A DNA stretch of 54,284 bases, filler included, from Sphacelaria rigidula (lineage: Eukaryota): NCBI GenBank assembly GCA_964200075.2. It is 4 parts of 4 records of this genome, joined end to end, with 100 filler letters (N's around TTAATTAATTAA, not from the genome) between each part and the next. Parts side by side here need not be neighbours in the genome. Positions count along the whole stretch, not along the records: positions 1 to 13,498 come from CAXNAA020002844.1; positions 13,599 to 27,094 come from CAXNAA020002845.1; 2 more parts are not named here. One strand, given 5' to 3'. The position numbers and the translations under genes are program-made. Numbering within the stretch: the first letter of the stretch is position 1; each line of letters begins with the position of its first letter. This document shows, one piece after another, positions 12,691-24,159 of this stretch. The notes beneath the pieces are model-generated. The model did not search any database. It was given only the letters and a program-made list of their open reading frames with translations, and was not told the origin of the DNA.

Positions 12691-12987
12691 TTTTACAACC
12701 GACCTACCGTGGTGAGACTTGATGCCATCGCCTTTCGTTCTAGAAGTACCCTTGTGATTTCCGCACGGTTTTGGTAACAGCAGCCTCTTCCTGTCAAAGG
12801 CTCACTGTGCTGAACAAGTGCCTCAGGCCGTGTGTTGCCGACACAACACTTGAGATCGAAATATTGTCTTCAAACATGGTTGTGACTGTTCAAAACCTCA
12901 TGATCAACAGAAATCATCTGCCATTCCTATCGAAAGGAAAGTTTTGTCCCGATATGAGAACGTGACGCCGTGAAAACACGCAAATAG

Positions 12988-13225
12988 CCTCCGTGTCTCC
13001 GTCTCGAAAGAGATGCGTGGTCAATGGTCAAACGACTAAGGCAAGCAATACATGAGTACGACCCCCCCCCCCCCCCCCCCCCCCCCCCCCGCGCCCCCCC
13101 CCCCCCCAACAACGAAACGANNNNNNNNNNCCGAGCCCCGCGGCTCCGGCTCGAAAGAGAGGGGTGGTCAATGGTCAAACGACCAAGGCAAGAAAAACAT
13201 GGGTACCCCCCCCCCCCCCCCCTCT
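12988..13225 (+). mobile_element. Two short 5'-truncated LINE 3' ends, each followed by a poly(C) tract
   Basis: CTCCGTCTCGAAAGAGATGCGTGGTCAATGGTCAAACGACTAAGGCAAGCAATACATGAGTACG-(C)n, seen twice (N gap between). Same motif as the 3' end of the LINE at 16050-16128. Confidence 0.8.
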
Positions 13226-13498
13226 CCGGCATGATCCGAGTCCACACAGGCAACCAAATGGTCACCGTCGTCTGTATCTTCGCGGTACGTAGTCCCGAGT
13301 ACTGGCTACCTTGCATATGGATGACAGCCTCCGATGAGTTGCTTCATTCCACGGTTAGGACGAATCATCACGGGTTCAAATCACCAAATCCACGATTTCT
13401 TCGGCCTGATTGCCCCAAAGGGAGAAAAACGTTGACCGCTGGTCCAACTGGTATCCACGCAAATTTTGCGCCATTCCACGTGTCTGGGCTGCGTGTAC

Positions 13499-13598
13499 NN
13501 NNNNNNNNNNNNNNNNNNNNNNNNNNNNNNNNNNNNNNNNNNTTAATTAATTAANNNNNNNNNNNNNNNNNNNNNNNNNNNNNNNNNNNNNNNNNNNN
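13499..13598. other. Artificial scaffold linker N44-TTAATTAATTAA-N44
   Basis: Identical 100-nt spacer with a six-frame stop occurs three times at ~13.6-kb spacing. Confidence 0.97.
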
Positions 13599-14963
13599 GT
13601 GGGGAGAAGAGGAACTGCTGATCGTAGACCAGTATACATACCTTGGCGTAGAGATATCAAGAAACTGTTCTTGGGATGCACACATAAACAAAGTAGTAGA
13701 AACGGGTAAGGCACACATAGGAAAGATGGACGCTATCCTCACAGACTCGCACCTAGACAGTTGGATTAAGATGTGTATCCTGATGAACATGATCGTACCA
13801 AAGCTGGAATATGCAGGATGAGCATGAGAGGGGAACGTGAAATTGGTGAAGAAGCGAGAGACAGTACAGATGGCGGCAGCTAAGAAGATACTTGGATGCT
13901 CGAAAACGACGAGTAATACAGCACTGAGAGCAGAGTTGGGAATGTACTCACTTGAAACAAATAGAGGCATGAGGAAATTAAGATGGGAATGTAGTGTCAA
14001 GAACATGCAGAGAAAGCGATTGCCAGCTATAGTTGATAAGGCTTTATGGAAGGAAGGTATGAAAGGGCATGCTATAAAGTGGGGAAAAGAAGTCGAGAAA
14101 GTATGGAAGGAGATAGGAGAAAACCAAGTCGGAATACTGTCCATAGGTGAAGGCGCGGGGCACAAGACAAAAGTAAGAGACATGGTAGAAATAAGGGGGA
14201 AATAAGCGCTCAGAGGCAAGGTAGACGAGGAAGAACACTTGAAGATGTACGGGGGGTTGAGAGAGGGTATCAGAATGAAAATATATCTGCATGGCCCCAT
14301 GGACGCGGCGGAAAAATTGAAACTGCGATTTTGGGTGGGGGACCTGAACCTACCAGAAAGAATAAAGAGATTCACCAGTAGTCGAAAGAAGGAGGAAGTC
14401 GATGGACAAAACTGCCTCTGTGGCAAAGCAATAGAGAGCAGGAGTCATAAAGTTGCAGAATGTGAACTATACAAGGAGGAACGGGACGTGCTAGAGGGGG
14501 AAATGCGGAACATGAATGAAGGTGGCATGAAATCGTTTGGTGCATTAATCCTTCGACAGCGACCCCCCCTGCTGGTAGACTGAGGTAGACACTCCACTTT
14601 CGGGGTTCGAAATCATTCCCTTGTCACAACTCGAAACGCCTACTCTACGGCGGACGGGACCGGGAGTGCATAAGAGACACATAGTTGTGAAAGTCATAAC
14701 ACAGACGGTGGTGTGGTTGTCGACCACCTAATTATTACGCCTCATATATTTGATGTGCAGTCTGTAGTGTATCGTGCCGCGGCTGCACGTGCAGTCTGCA
14801 GCGCACTGGATCTTACAGCGTTGAACGTGCCGAGTGTAGGCAGCGTACATTTGGATATCGCACCATGGCTACCGCCGCGAATGCCCCTGACTACCATAGA
14901 GCAGTTGCTCGGCGATGGCGGTCGCCTCACTGTCGAAGAACTTGTCTACGTTTACGTGCGTAG

Positions 14964-15393
14964 TGTAGTGCGTGAGAGGACCGCGTGCTTAGAGGACCGC
15001 GCCGTGGTTCAAAACACGTCAGGACCGACGTTTTTCAAACCCAATCGGGCCAGTCCCTGCAGGTACCACGCCCCTGATCCTAACCCCAACACTAACCCTA
15101 ACCCTAACCCTAACTGTAATGCGTGAGAGGACCGCGTGCTCAGAGGACCGCGCCGTAGTTCAAAACACCCCAGGATCGACGTTTTTCAAAAGCAATCGGG
15201 TCAGTCCCTGGAGGTACCACGCCCCTGACCATAATAACCCTAACACTAACCCTAACCCTAATACTAACCATAGGGATGTTCAAATTCCGATGTGGTCCTC
15301 CAAGCACGCGGTCCTCTCATGCATTACACTAACCATAGAAGTGTTCAAATTCCGATGCGGCCCTCTAAGCACGCGGTTCTCTCACGCATTATA
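14964..15393. mobile_element. TGT...ACA-family TIR MITE with internal CCCTAA repeats (outer copy)
   Basis: TGTAGTGCGTGAGAGGACCGCGTGCTTAGAGGACCGC ... GCGGCCCTCTAAGCACGCGGTTCTCTCACGCATTATA; flanks CGTAG/CGTCG. Confidence 0.85.
15115..15328. mobile_element. Same-family MITE nested inside the outer copy
   Basis: TGTAATGCGTGAGAGGACCGCGTGCT...AGCACGCGGTCCTCTCATGCATTACA; perfect 5-bp flank CTAAC on both sides. Confidence 0.88.
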
Positions 15394-17525
15394 CGTCGGA
15401 TGCTCGTGGCCGCCGCTCGCGTGTTGCGCCATGACGTTTTATACTAGATGGGGGTGTGGAGCCAGTAGAACGCTCAGGCAGTACTGAACAGACGCGATCA
15501 CAGTGTACCGAAGATGCTCGAACACCTGCTTTTTGTTTATATAATCTATGGTTGATTTGGCATATTCAAAATGAGATTTGGGGCTAGACGGCGAAGGTGT
15601 CTACCAGGTGTCTACCAGGTGTCTATCTCTACCGGAACAAAAATGCTCATGTTGACGACCGTGATTGATCAGAATGGGCATCCCGCGCCCCTCGGGCCTC
15701 GTGCACGGCTCATTATTTTCCGCGGGGAACTTCCAAACACACATGGTTGACTCCGTGAATTCTCCGATGCTTCGCGGAGAGAACCCCTCCCCCGCCTCGA
15801 AAACCACCCCGCCCCCGAGCTCTGGAAACCCCCGGATGTCTCGGGACTGTCAGCCTGTACAACTGTTTCGAGGCGACGCTCGTCGTCTAAGGGTTAAACA
15901 GTAGGGACAAAAACGACTGTTATACTAGGAGATAGATGGTGGCCACAGACGGCAAAACGGGACGGGGATAAGATATGTAAACGTTTTGGACAATGTATGG
16001 AAGAAACGAAATTAACGCCAGAATGTTGAAGGCGCCTCTACTACGAGTAGGAACGGTGCTCAGTCTCGAAAGGGATGCGTGGTCAATGGTCGACTACTAA
16101 GGCAAGCAACAAATGAGTCCTCCCCCCCTTTTAGATCCGAGAAAAAGAGGGTACATAAATGTGCAGGAATTATTTTTTGGTGCACCCCTGACGCAACATG
16201 GACGAGGTCATCTATTTTGGGTGGACACCATTGTGGCGATAGAGTAAGCCATAACCACAGCCGGATTCGTTTAGTGCATGCTCGTGGTCGGTAGCCGTGA
16301 GGACGTTTTTTCTGGTTCACACTCTGTCTGTGTTTTTGATTAGTTCTACAAGGTTCATGGGGATGGCCTGACCCAGTAGAGAAGCCAAGGAGGTCTCCGT
16401 TCAATGATGCAATTATTGTTGTGAACGGGCCAAGTGCGGGCATCCACAAATATAGAGCGGGCATTCGGGTACATTTTTCTTTTTTTCGTGGCGCGGTACA
16501 GTTGGTAGTGTGCATACAAAAATACCACCTGATTCGGATCCCCCCCCCCCCCTCCTATTTGCATTTCTCGCGTATTTTTCGGGGGAATCTCCTTGAAGCA
16601 TAATATAGTATATCTGCAATTTAACGCGAGCCCATGGTGGCGAAGGTTATATCCCCGACTTGGAACTGCCCGGAGAATGACAACCACAGCTGATTACCTA
16701 GTACACGATAATGAGGGAGCCGCTTTGATCATAGACGCTCCTATTTTCCTTTCGCGTGTCATTTGCATTGTGCACAGGCATTACTTCGGCCAAAACGCAG
16801 ACTGTAAAGCAGAGAGTGGCGACGCGCAACGCCGCCGTCGCGCAAGGAAGACGATCTCTTGGCGCTGATTCGGCACGATATTTGGCGATTCTCTGGGTGA
16901 AAGTCTTCGTCATCCAACACCTGCTGGCTTTCAGCCTGACAGCTGGCGACAGGATGCGACACTTCTTCCAATTAGTCTGCATCTCCCAGTTCCCCTCGAC
17001 CCTGAATTCCTAAAGCATAAAATCGTTCGTGACGAAATCTACGCGTCTGACAAAATTACCCGGTAAGAGTCGTCAACATGTACACTGCCGGCGTTGATGA
17101 AGCACGGGTACCTCCCGCAAGCCTGCCCGACGATCAGCCGTATGACCTGTGCGATCTGTGGTTGATCTGTATGTGTATGGCCCGTTTAACCTGTACAGTT
17201 CTCGGTTGGTGACCTGAAGAACCCGGTCGCTTCGTACACATATCCTCACGAACGATCTGTATGGCAGTGTGAGCCGTACAAATCCGCTTCATGGTGATGT
17301 GTATGACCCGAGAATTCGTACGAACCTGCCATTGTTGATTTGTGTACTATTTCGATCTGTACATCATCATATCCTTGGGCACGCCTGTGTAATCCGGATC
17401 AAGTGTCTCGCAACGCTAACAGCAACCTGTGTGCCCTCATAACCCGTACAAGATACCTCTCTCGTGATCGATGATACCCGAAACACGAGTATATTTCAAT
17501 GAATGATTGCACTGTGTCATTTAAA

Positions 17526-17892
17526 GCCGGTCGCCCCGGTGGCTCAGTTGGTAACCTCGAACCCTTCTGACGGTTGGGTCGTGGGTCCAATTCTCGGAGC
17601 AATCTGGAAATTTTTCTCGCACAATGCCCAACAGTGAAGAGTGACTATGTCGGGGGTCCACAAAATTCGACTCAACTATCGACGAGGGAAAGGGACTGCT
17701 AAACCCTTCTCGCGATAAAAAAGAAGAAGGCAAGCACCGCAGAAGGAAGGTGGGGTACGAAAAACAAATAAAAGAGAAAAAGCTCCCGAGTTGACCTTCC
17801 TCCTGTGTGACCCCGGCTGGTGCGCCCACATATACCAAAAGATGTATAAAGGCGTCCAGAATAAATGGGACGACAACACACACAACACACAT
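17526..17892 (+). mobile_element. tRNA-derived SINE
   Basis: Head with A box TGGCTCAGTTGG and degenerate B box GGTCCAATTC. The body (GACTATGTCG...CGACGAGGGAA...CCTCCTGTGTGACCCCGGCTGGTGCGCCCACATAT) recurs at 53585-53830 minus. CA-rich tail. Confidence 0.8.
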
Positions 17893-19411
17893 TTGAATTG
17901 TGTTCACAAGTGGGCTCACACTTTACCTGTATGCCTCAAGTGACACAGATAATGGTCTGTCCGACGTGCGGAAACTAGATCATATCATTCTCATCAACAG
18001 CTCCAAGGCCCGAGCGATCGGCAGATCCGTCGCGCACCGTCAATGGTGGGAAAATACTAGTCAGACCGGTATGGTCGTCCTTGACCGGTGCTGGTGTAGG
18101 CATCCTGTCGATATACAGGAGGAGATACTGTTGTTCATCAGGCGTCATTTTTGCTGCATATATCTTCATCGATGCCTTGAATCTCATGAGTGCCTGGCTC
18201 GGCATATCATCCTTGACGCAAATCAGGTGTTCCAGAAGATCAACAACGTCCTGAGGAGTGACAGTAGAGATCGCGAAACGGGGAATGAGAAGGTGATCGC
18301 TTTGCAGTCTTTCGAACGACCATGCCTGGATGTATTGCACCTACTTTCTGCGGCCTACAACTCAAGAACTACTACGGCAATGGAAGAGCCGTTCCACGTA
18401 ATTCTCCACGGTAGATACTACACGGTTGTCTGATCAAATCACTTGGGACGCGTACAGCACGGACTACAAAACACATTCCGTCACTGATCGATGGGTGTGC
18501 GAGCAGCGCATCTCCGAAACCCATCGTACATAAAAGAACTACCTGCCCAGCAAATCGCCTACCCCCGGCAAACACAACCACACAATACGACGAGGACCAG
18601 GCAGACCGACGATCGAGGAACACAGTAATTTCACCTGGTTATTCAGGTGCACCCATAAGTCCACGTTTGGACGCGTTTCCATCGACACGGCGGCGAAGAT
18701 GATCGCCATTTTCAATTCGACGCTGATACTTGCATCCTCCCACGCGAATCTGCCGGAGGACCTTGTCACAATTATTCTTGTCAACACTTTCAAGATATGG
18801 TCGGTGCTGTAGGTTGTCCCGACCACGCTTATTTCGCGCACCAGGTAATCCACACCTCTCCCGCGTATCTCGGTCTTCAAGTCATAGAATACAGTCACCC
18901 ACACTCTCATCGACAAGTCGAGGTCCTTGATGCTTTGAATTGAAAGCGACGACCATAGATCTGGGTAGGATGCACGATGACGCAACGTGTTACACATCTA
19001 ACTCATTTAGTACACCGCAGCCTGTCAGCTCGAAAGTTACTGGCAATCCAGTGCGCTTCGAAGATTTCCGGCAATCCATTGCGCTTCGGAATTCAAGCAT
19101 GCAGTAGAAACACTCGAAACTTGGCTCGGGTTTTCTAGTTTCACTTGTCGCGGAGTCTAGGACGGCCTTTCGTTGGCGGCCGAGCCCATGTCGGGGTATA
19201 GCCTATGGAGCCCGACCCGAAATTCCATGCCTCGTAAGCGTAGCATGGTCTCGAGAACAAGCAAAATGCGCTAGATAGTTTTACCGAAGTCGTTCTTCGC
19301 GCATATCAAAGATCATGCATACGTGGTGGAGATCCACCTGTCCATCCTGCAATATTCGTCCGAAAATAATATGGAAATGTTTTTACATATATACGGGGCT
19401 CACGAAGTCGG

Positions 19412-20624
19412 TGTGATGCGTGGGAACATCACGAGCTTTATGGACCGCATCGGAGTTTGAACATCCCAGGACCGACGTGTCGGGAGGACAAAGCCGACGT
19501 TGTCAATGCAGGAACCGCGCCCCGCGGAGCGAACCTGGGCCGCGCATTGATCGAGCCAGGGATAGAGACGCCAGGCGAGGTGACTGGATCGACACGACGG
19601 TGACGCAGGGTGCCTCGAGAGAGAGACAGCCAGGATTTGAAAACTATAAAAATCCAGGCACCCATAACTCGCGTGAGAGTCACTCTCGCGTGTGGGTTAT
19701 GGTGAGAAAGAAGTGGCAACAGTGCATGTTGGAGAGGTGTCGGTGCCTACCACGTCGTCATGATCGCATCGACGAACTGATGCTTGGCACTTGAAGGTAG
19801 CAGATGCCGAGACAATCCATCTGTTCTGTACTCACAGGTGCCAGATGCCGAAACGACCCTTCTGCCCCGTACCTACAGGTACCAGATACCGAAACGATCC
19901 ATCTGTTCGGTATTTGTAGGTACTCAAATGGGATCTGCATGCGGTCCATTTTGTCATTTAAGGCAGCTTCAAGGTGAACACATAAGTCAAGACCAAGGCA
20001 CCGCAGGGTCATCTTCCGCGAAGGAGAAAAGCCAGGCCCGTGGTCTTGAGTTGTGTGTTTACCTCAAAGTTACCTTGAATGACAAGATGGACCGCATACA
20101 AATCCCATTTCAGCGCCTGCGAGTACCGAGCAGATGGGTCGTCTCGGTACCTGCTACCTGTGGATACGGAGTGGGAAGGTCGTTTCGGCATCTGGTACCT
20201 GTTAGTACCGAATAGATGGGCCGTCTCGGCATCCGCTACCTTACAAAGACCAAGTATCAGTTCGTCGATGTGGCCATGACAACGTGCTATTCGCCGACAC
20301 CTCTCCATGATACGCCGTTGCCGACTTTTTTCCCACCACAATCCACATGCGAGAGTGACTCCCATGTGATTCACGAGTGCCTGAGTTTTATAGTTTTGAA
20401 ACCCTCGCTCTCCTCCCCTTCGAGGCATGCTGCGTCGTCGTCGTGTCGATCCAGCCACGTCGCCAACGTTTCTACCCCTGGCTCGATAAATGCGTGGCCC
20501 AGCCTTGCTCGGGGCGCGGTCCCTGCATTGACGACGTCCGCGCCGTCTTCTCGACACGTCGGTCGTGGGGTGTTCAAATTCCGATGCGATCCACAAAGCA
20601 CGCGGTCCTAACACGCGCATTACA
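19412..20624. mobile_element. ~1.2-kb foldback (near-complete palindromic) element of the TGT...ACA family
   Basis: Arms ~19412-20000 and ~20037-20624 are reverse complements along their length. Termini TGTGATGCGTG / CGCGCATTACA. Flanks GTCGG/GTCGC. Terminal ~50 nt are shared with the 14964-15393 MITEs. Confidence 0.9.
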
Positions 20625-22992
20625 GTCGCCACCGAGACCAGTTTGCATCATGGACTTTTACCAGGAGAGGTGGAAGCTTAAGCTTTTTGAGGAAGACCCG
20701 GGTAGTGGCGCGAGGAAAATGTTGAATAACAAAAATAACTTGACTGTCTCAGAAGGATACCTCGATCCCACCACGAACGTTCTTAGTCCACAAAACACTC
20801 ATGTGATCGATGCCGGATTCTATCTCGTAATCTTTGTCAAATTATATTGATATCGTCGGGTGCGGGCATATCCGACGCCAACGGTTCCTCAATGTACGTC
20901 AAAGCATCGCGCGACAAAGACACTGTTCGTGTGAACGGGGTAGCCAGTAATGGCACAGTACGGTAGAGGCGCATGTTGTATGATGTGTTTGGCAGTTGCA
21001 AGAAGCGGGATTTACCACCGTGATAGGCGTGTCGGGGACATACGTGAACGCACGGTGCCCATGTGTGAGGTGTGCTGTACGGTCGCCAAGGGCCAACTCA
21101 AGCTTAGCCCCCCAGATACAAGTTCTCCCTTCTATCATAATCGATATCGGTCAAACCATTCTCGGTGCCTGAACTACACAACAAACGACAGCACGTTCGC
21201 GGTCATAAAGGCGGCGCATCCATACATCGCAGTGGTCGAGGGCTACCGCAAAAGCCAGAGTGACACAACACTCTCAGGTGCCTACTGGAATGCGAAAAGC
21301 ATGTGTACACTCTCGGCACGGTGGCCTTAGAACGGCTTACTAAACGGGCTTTTGCGGTCATTTTTCGAACTACACACGAGGCAAGGATCAGGCATCGCAC
21401 GCCACCAATCAATCGCATTCACTGCTGTTGTGATACTGAAAATAGTCATACAGCACAGCAACAGTTACTGTTGCATTGCTTTGGGAGTGGCGTTCACGTG
21501 CTTACAGCACTATACTCAGCAACACCCCAAACATATCGTAATCTTTGACGTGTGCCAATTCTGATTCACAAGGTGGCGGACGTTCACGTTGCGGTTGTTC
21601 TCGTCGTCTCATCACAGCCAACATATCCTCACTGATTTCTTCGGAGACAGCAATTGCGCACAACGACTAGGTTTGATCATACCGCTTCCCGTGTTTTTCA
21701 CACCAAACTTGAATCGTATCCCGTCAATGAAACACGCAGTTAAGTCATTCATACCTGCGCGCTCGTTGGCCTGCTGTTGCCATGAGTTGCACGCCATGCC
21801 GTCCGTGCGATTTGGTCCCGGCTTGAGGTTGTAGTACCTTTTCCTTTTCCTGCTTGAGCCGTGTTGTTCCAACCTTGACTTCTGCTCCCGCTGTTTTTGG
21901 TGCTACTGCTGGTTTTGGCGCGTTGGTGCTGTTGGTGCAGCGGCGGCAGGAACGTTTCCAAACAGCGAGTGAGGGCAATCATCATGCTGAGAATACGCCA
22001 CAGGGCCTACAGGCTAAGGGCCGCTCGTTTTTTCTTCGTGCTTTTCACAGCAACGAGTTCCTGGTGCAAAACAGGGCGGGGTCGAACAAGCGTTCCTAGT
22101 AGCGGTGTGAAAGCAGTAAACCGGGGCACCTTCGAGACAGAAAAAGGCTTGGCGAACCACATTCATAACGCTTTCGAAACGACTCGGCTGGGCGTTCATA
22201 AAATTCGGTCCCGCAGTGCACTTCACGGTGATCGATCAACGATTTAGTGTGTTGGGATCGAGTAGGCGAACACGTTCAATTTTTGAAGTACGAGCTACAC
22301 CTTCCACTTACACGCAACAGAATTATGCACAAATGGCAACAGAGCACCTCACGGGCACGTTACGTGGACATATAACCTACTCTATCGTCGTTAGGTTGCA
22401 GCACCCCCGAATGGCTTAGTTATATGGACACGTCACCCTTTCCATGACCGTTGGGGTACCGAATCCTCAATATGGGCCCGTGCCTGTGACTCGTAGTGCG
22501 TCATGTCCGCTATAAGGTCGCTGAAGGCACCTCGTATCGACGTTTCGTTACCGTTTATGTTACACAGGACGTATTGAATACACCACGGTTCGACACTGGG
22601 TGGGAGAAAATGTCGAATCGTTTTGACGGGATCTACACTTCGCGGTTTCCGACTTTTGGGGTATACATTAGGCCGTAACTGCGCACATCGCTAACAATCC
22701 GATCTCAAGAGTGGTGGCAAGGGATTTGGGATTGAACTATCCAAGTATGGTGTTCTTTGCGACAGCTCGAGTTCAGTGCTGATGTCCAATCACATCTGTT
22801 CGGTGTGGAGGCTTCAATGTCAACATTATAAGCTACCCGAGCTTCGTCGTGACATTAGACTATTGTACAGTAGTCAAGTTCAGTGTCGACTTCAAACTGC
22901 GCAAGTCTACTGCTTACATTTAATTGCCGGAGCGTAGTGTCACCACTTGACCACCCACACATCCAAGAGCAGTGAACGCAATAAAAAATCCA

Positions 22993-23297
22993 CACCCTGG
23001 ACACTGCAATATATTTTCAATATATACTGGTCGATCATATTGGAACATTGCGATATATTTCCGGTGTAATATATATTGTTACCCTCGGACTGCACACGTG
23101 TTGCCCGCCCGATATATATTGGGACCGGGGGATTGCACACATATTCCCTCATCAACATATATTGGAGCCATTGGGTGAAGGCATATCGCGTGACAAATAT
23201 ATATTGGCGCCACGCGGGTGGTGGGTGCCAACATAATGACCGGTCAAAATATATTGGGGCCGGCCAGTGTATCATATCAGTATATACATCAGGGTGG
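22993..23297. repeat. ATATATTGG-iterated element with short CACCCTG/CAGGGTG inverted ends (related tract ~25140-25430)
   Basis: Many copies of (A)ATATATTG(G) between CACCCTG and CAGGGTG. Confidence 0.5.
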
Positions 23298-23686
23298 CGT
23301 GCGTGACAAATATTACCGACCCCTCATACATTGGGTGGGCGCATTGATGTCGAGTAAATATTCCACCGAACTACACTATTCGAGTGCTGTACTCTGCCGC
23401 ATCCTGAAAGTCATCTGTCCAACGAATCTCTCAGTCAGTGTAATCAAGCAGTGAATATTTCAATTGTTTTTGGCGGGCAGAACGTTATACGAGAGCCATT
23501 TCGGATCATTCTCAGAAAGAAAAATAGGCGGGAGCCGTCGAGTCCGTCCCTTCGGGATATCTCCGAGTAACGTTTCCGGTGAAAATGATCCAATTCACTA
23601 GTTACCTGACCCAGAGGCAGCAAACAAACCACGAATGTTGGATACATTTCAAACTCTAAGTTCCGATATTTATACTGTAAATTTGT

Positions 23687-23940
23687 GATTGATGATGGAT
23701 TGATTATCGCACTTTAACTGATTCCCCAGGAGTCCAGTGGTAGTCACATGATAGATGTACCCAACAAAACCAAGACTGAAGCACTCGCTGAATAAAAAGA
23801 AGGAACAGAAAAACGTCGAACAGAACGACATTGTAGACTGAGACGTGAAAGGAAAAAAAAAACATAAGCAAAAGAACAGAAAGAAATGGGCGACTTGAAA
23901 CAAAAAGAAATACTGTTGAATATACCGGGAGCCTCGAGTT
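23687..23940 (-). mobile_element. Retroposon 3' end with (CAAT)n-like tail; further copies ~24850-25132 (+) and ~46060-46351 (+)
   Basis: Shared ...GGGTAC(A/G)TCTATCA...GGGG(A)TCAGTT..(G/A)TGCGA(C/T)AATCAATC..TCA in three places. Confidence 0.7.
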
Positions 23941-23949
23941 TGAGATATC

Positions 23950-24159
23950 TCTGATGCATGGGAGGATCACGTGCTTAGGGGGCCGCATTGTAGTTCAAAA
24001 TACCTCTGGATCGACGCTTTTCGAAACCAATCGGGCCATTCCCTACAGGGCCCACGCCCCTGACCCTAACCCCAACACTAACACTACTACGAAGCCTAGC
24101 CATAGGGATGTTTTAATTCCGATGCAGTCCCCCAAGCACGCGGCCCTCCATGCATTACA
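23950..24159. mobile_element. Older copy of the TGT...ACA MITE with CCCTAA-like core
   Basis: GATGCATGGGAGGATCACGTGCTTAGG...CCCTAACCCCAACACTAAC...AAGCACGCGGCCCTCCATGCATTACA; decayed flanks ATATC/GTACC. Confidence 0.8.

Larger units (their letters stand above)
14549..15893. mobile_element. piggyBac-type non-autonomous element (PB-A) inserted in the LINE; contains nested MITEs
   Basis: TTAA (14545-14548)|TCCTTCGACAGCGACC ... GCTCGTCGTCTAAGGG|TTAA (15894-15897). Removing it restores LINE coding continuity. Confidence 0.88.
13599..16128 (+). mobile_element. Non-LTR retrotransposon (LINE): C-terminal RT/thumb region and 3' end, split at a TTAA by an insertion (14549-15893)
   Basis: VDQYTYLGVEISRNCSWDAHINKVV...IVPKLEY...ALRAELGMYSL...CLCGKAIESRSHKVAECELY...GGMKSFGAL. 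The reading resumes after TTAA at 15894 as ...ILGDRWWPQTAKRDGDKICKRF...NGAQSRKGCVVNGRLLRQ. Several stops and frameshifts. Confidence 0.9.

Noticed and set aside
13543..13554. TTAATTAATTAA as a piggyBac target or regulatory palindrome
   Set aside because: It is embedded in N runs and repeated identically; synthetic linker.
13551..14426. 291-aa minus-strand ORF
   Set aside because: Antisense shadow of the LINE RT on the plus strand, and it runs into Ns.
15078..15270. Chromosome telomere
   Set aside because: The short CCCTAA tracts are internal to TIR-bounded MITEs.
17533..17600. tRNA gene (also 53505-53575 minus)
   Set aside because: A and B boxes are present, but I could not fold a proper acceptor or anticodon stem, and the heads are attached to repeat bodies; treated as SINE heads.
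22993..23340. CRISPR-like repeat-spacer pattern
   Set aside because: The repeats are only ~9 nt, irregular and in a eukaryotic TE context, with no cas genes.
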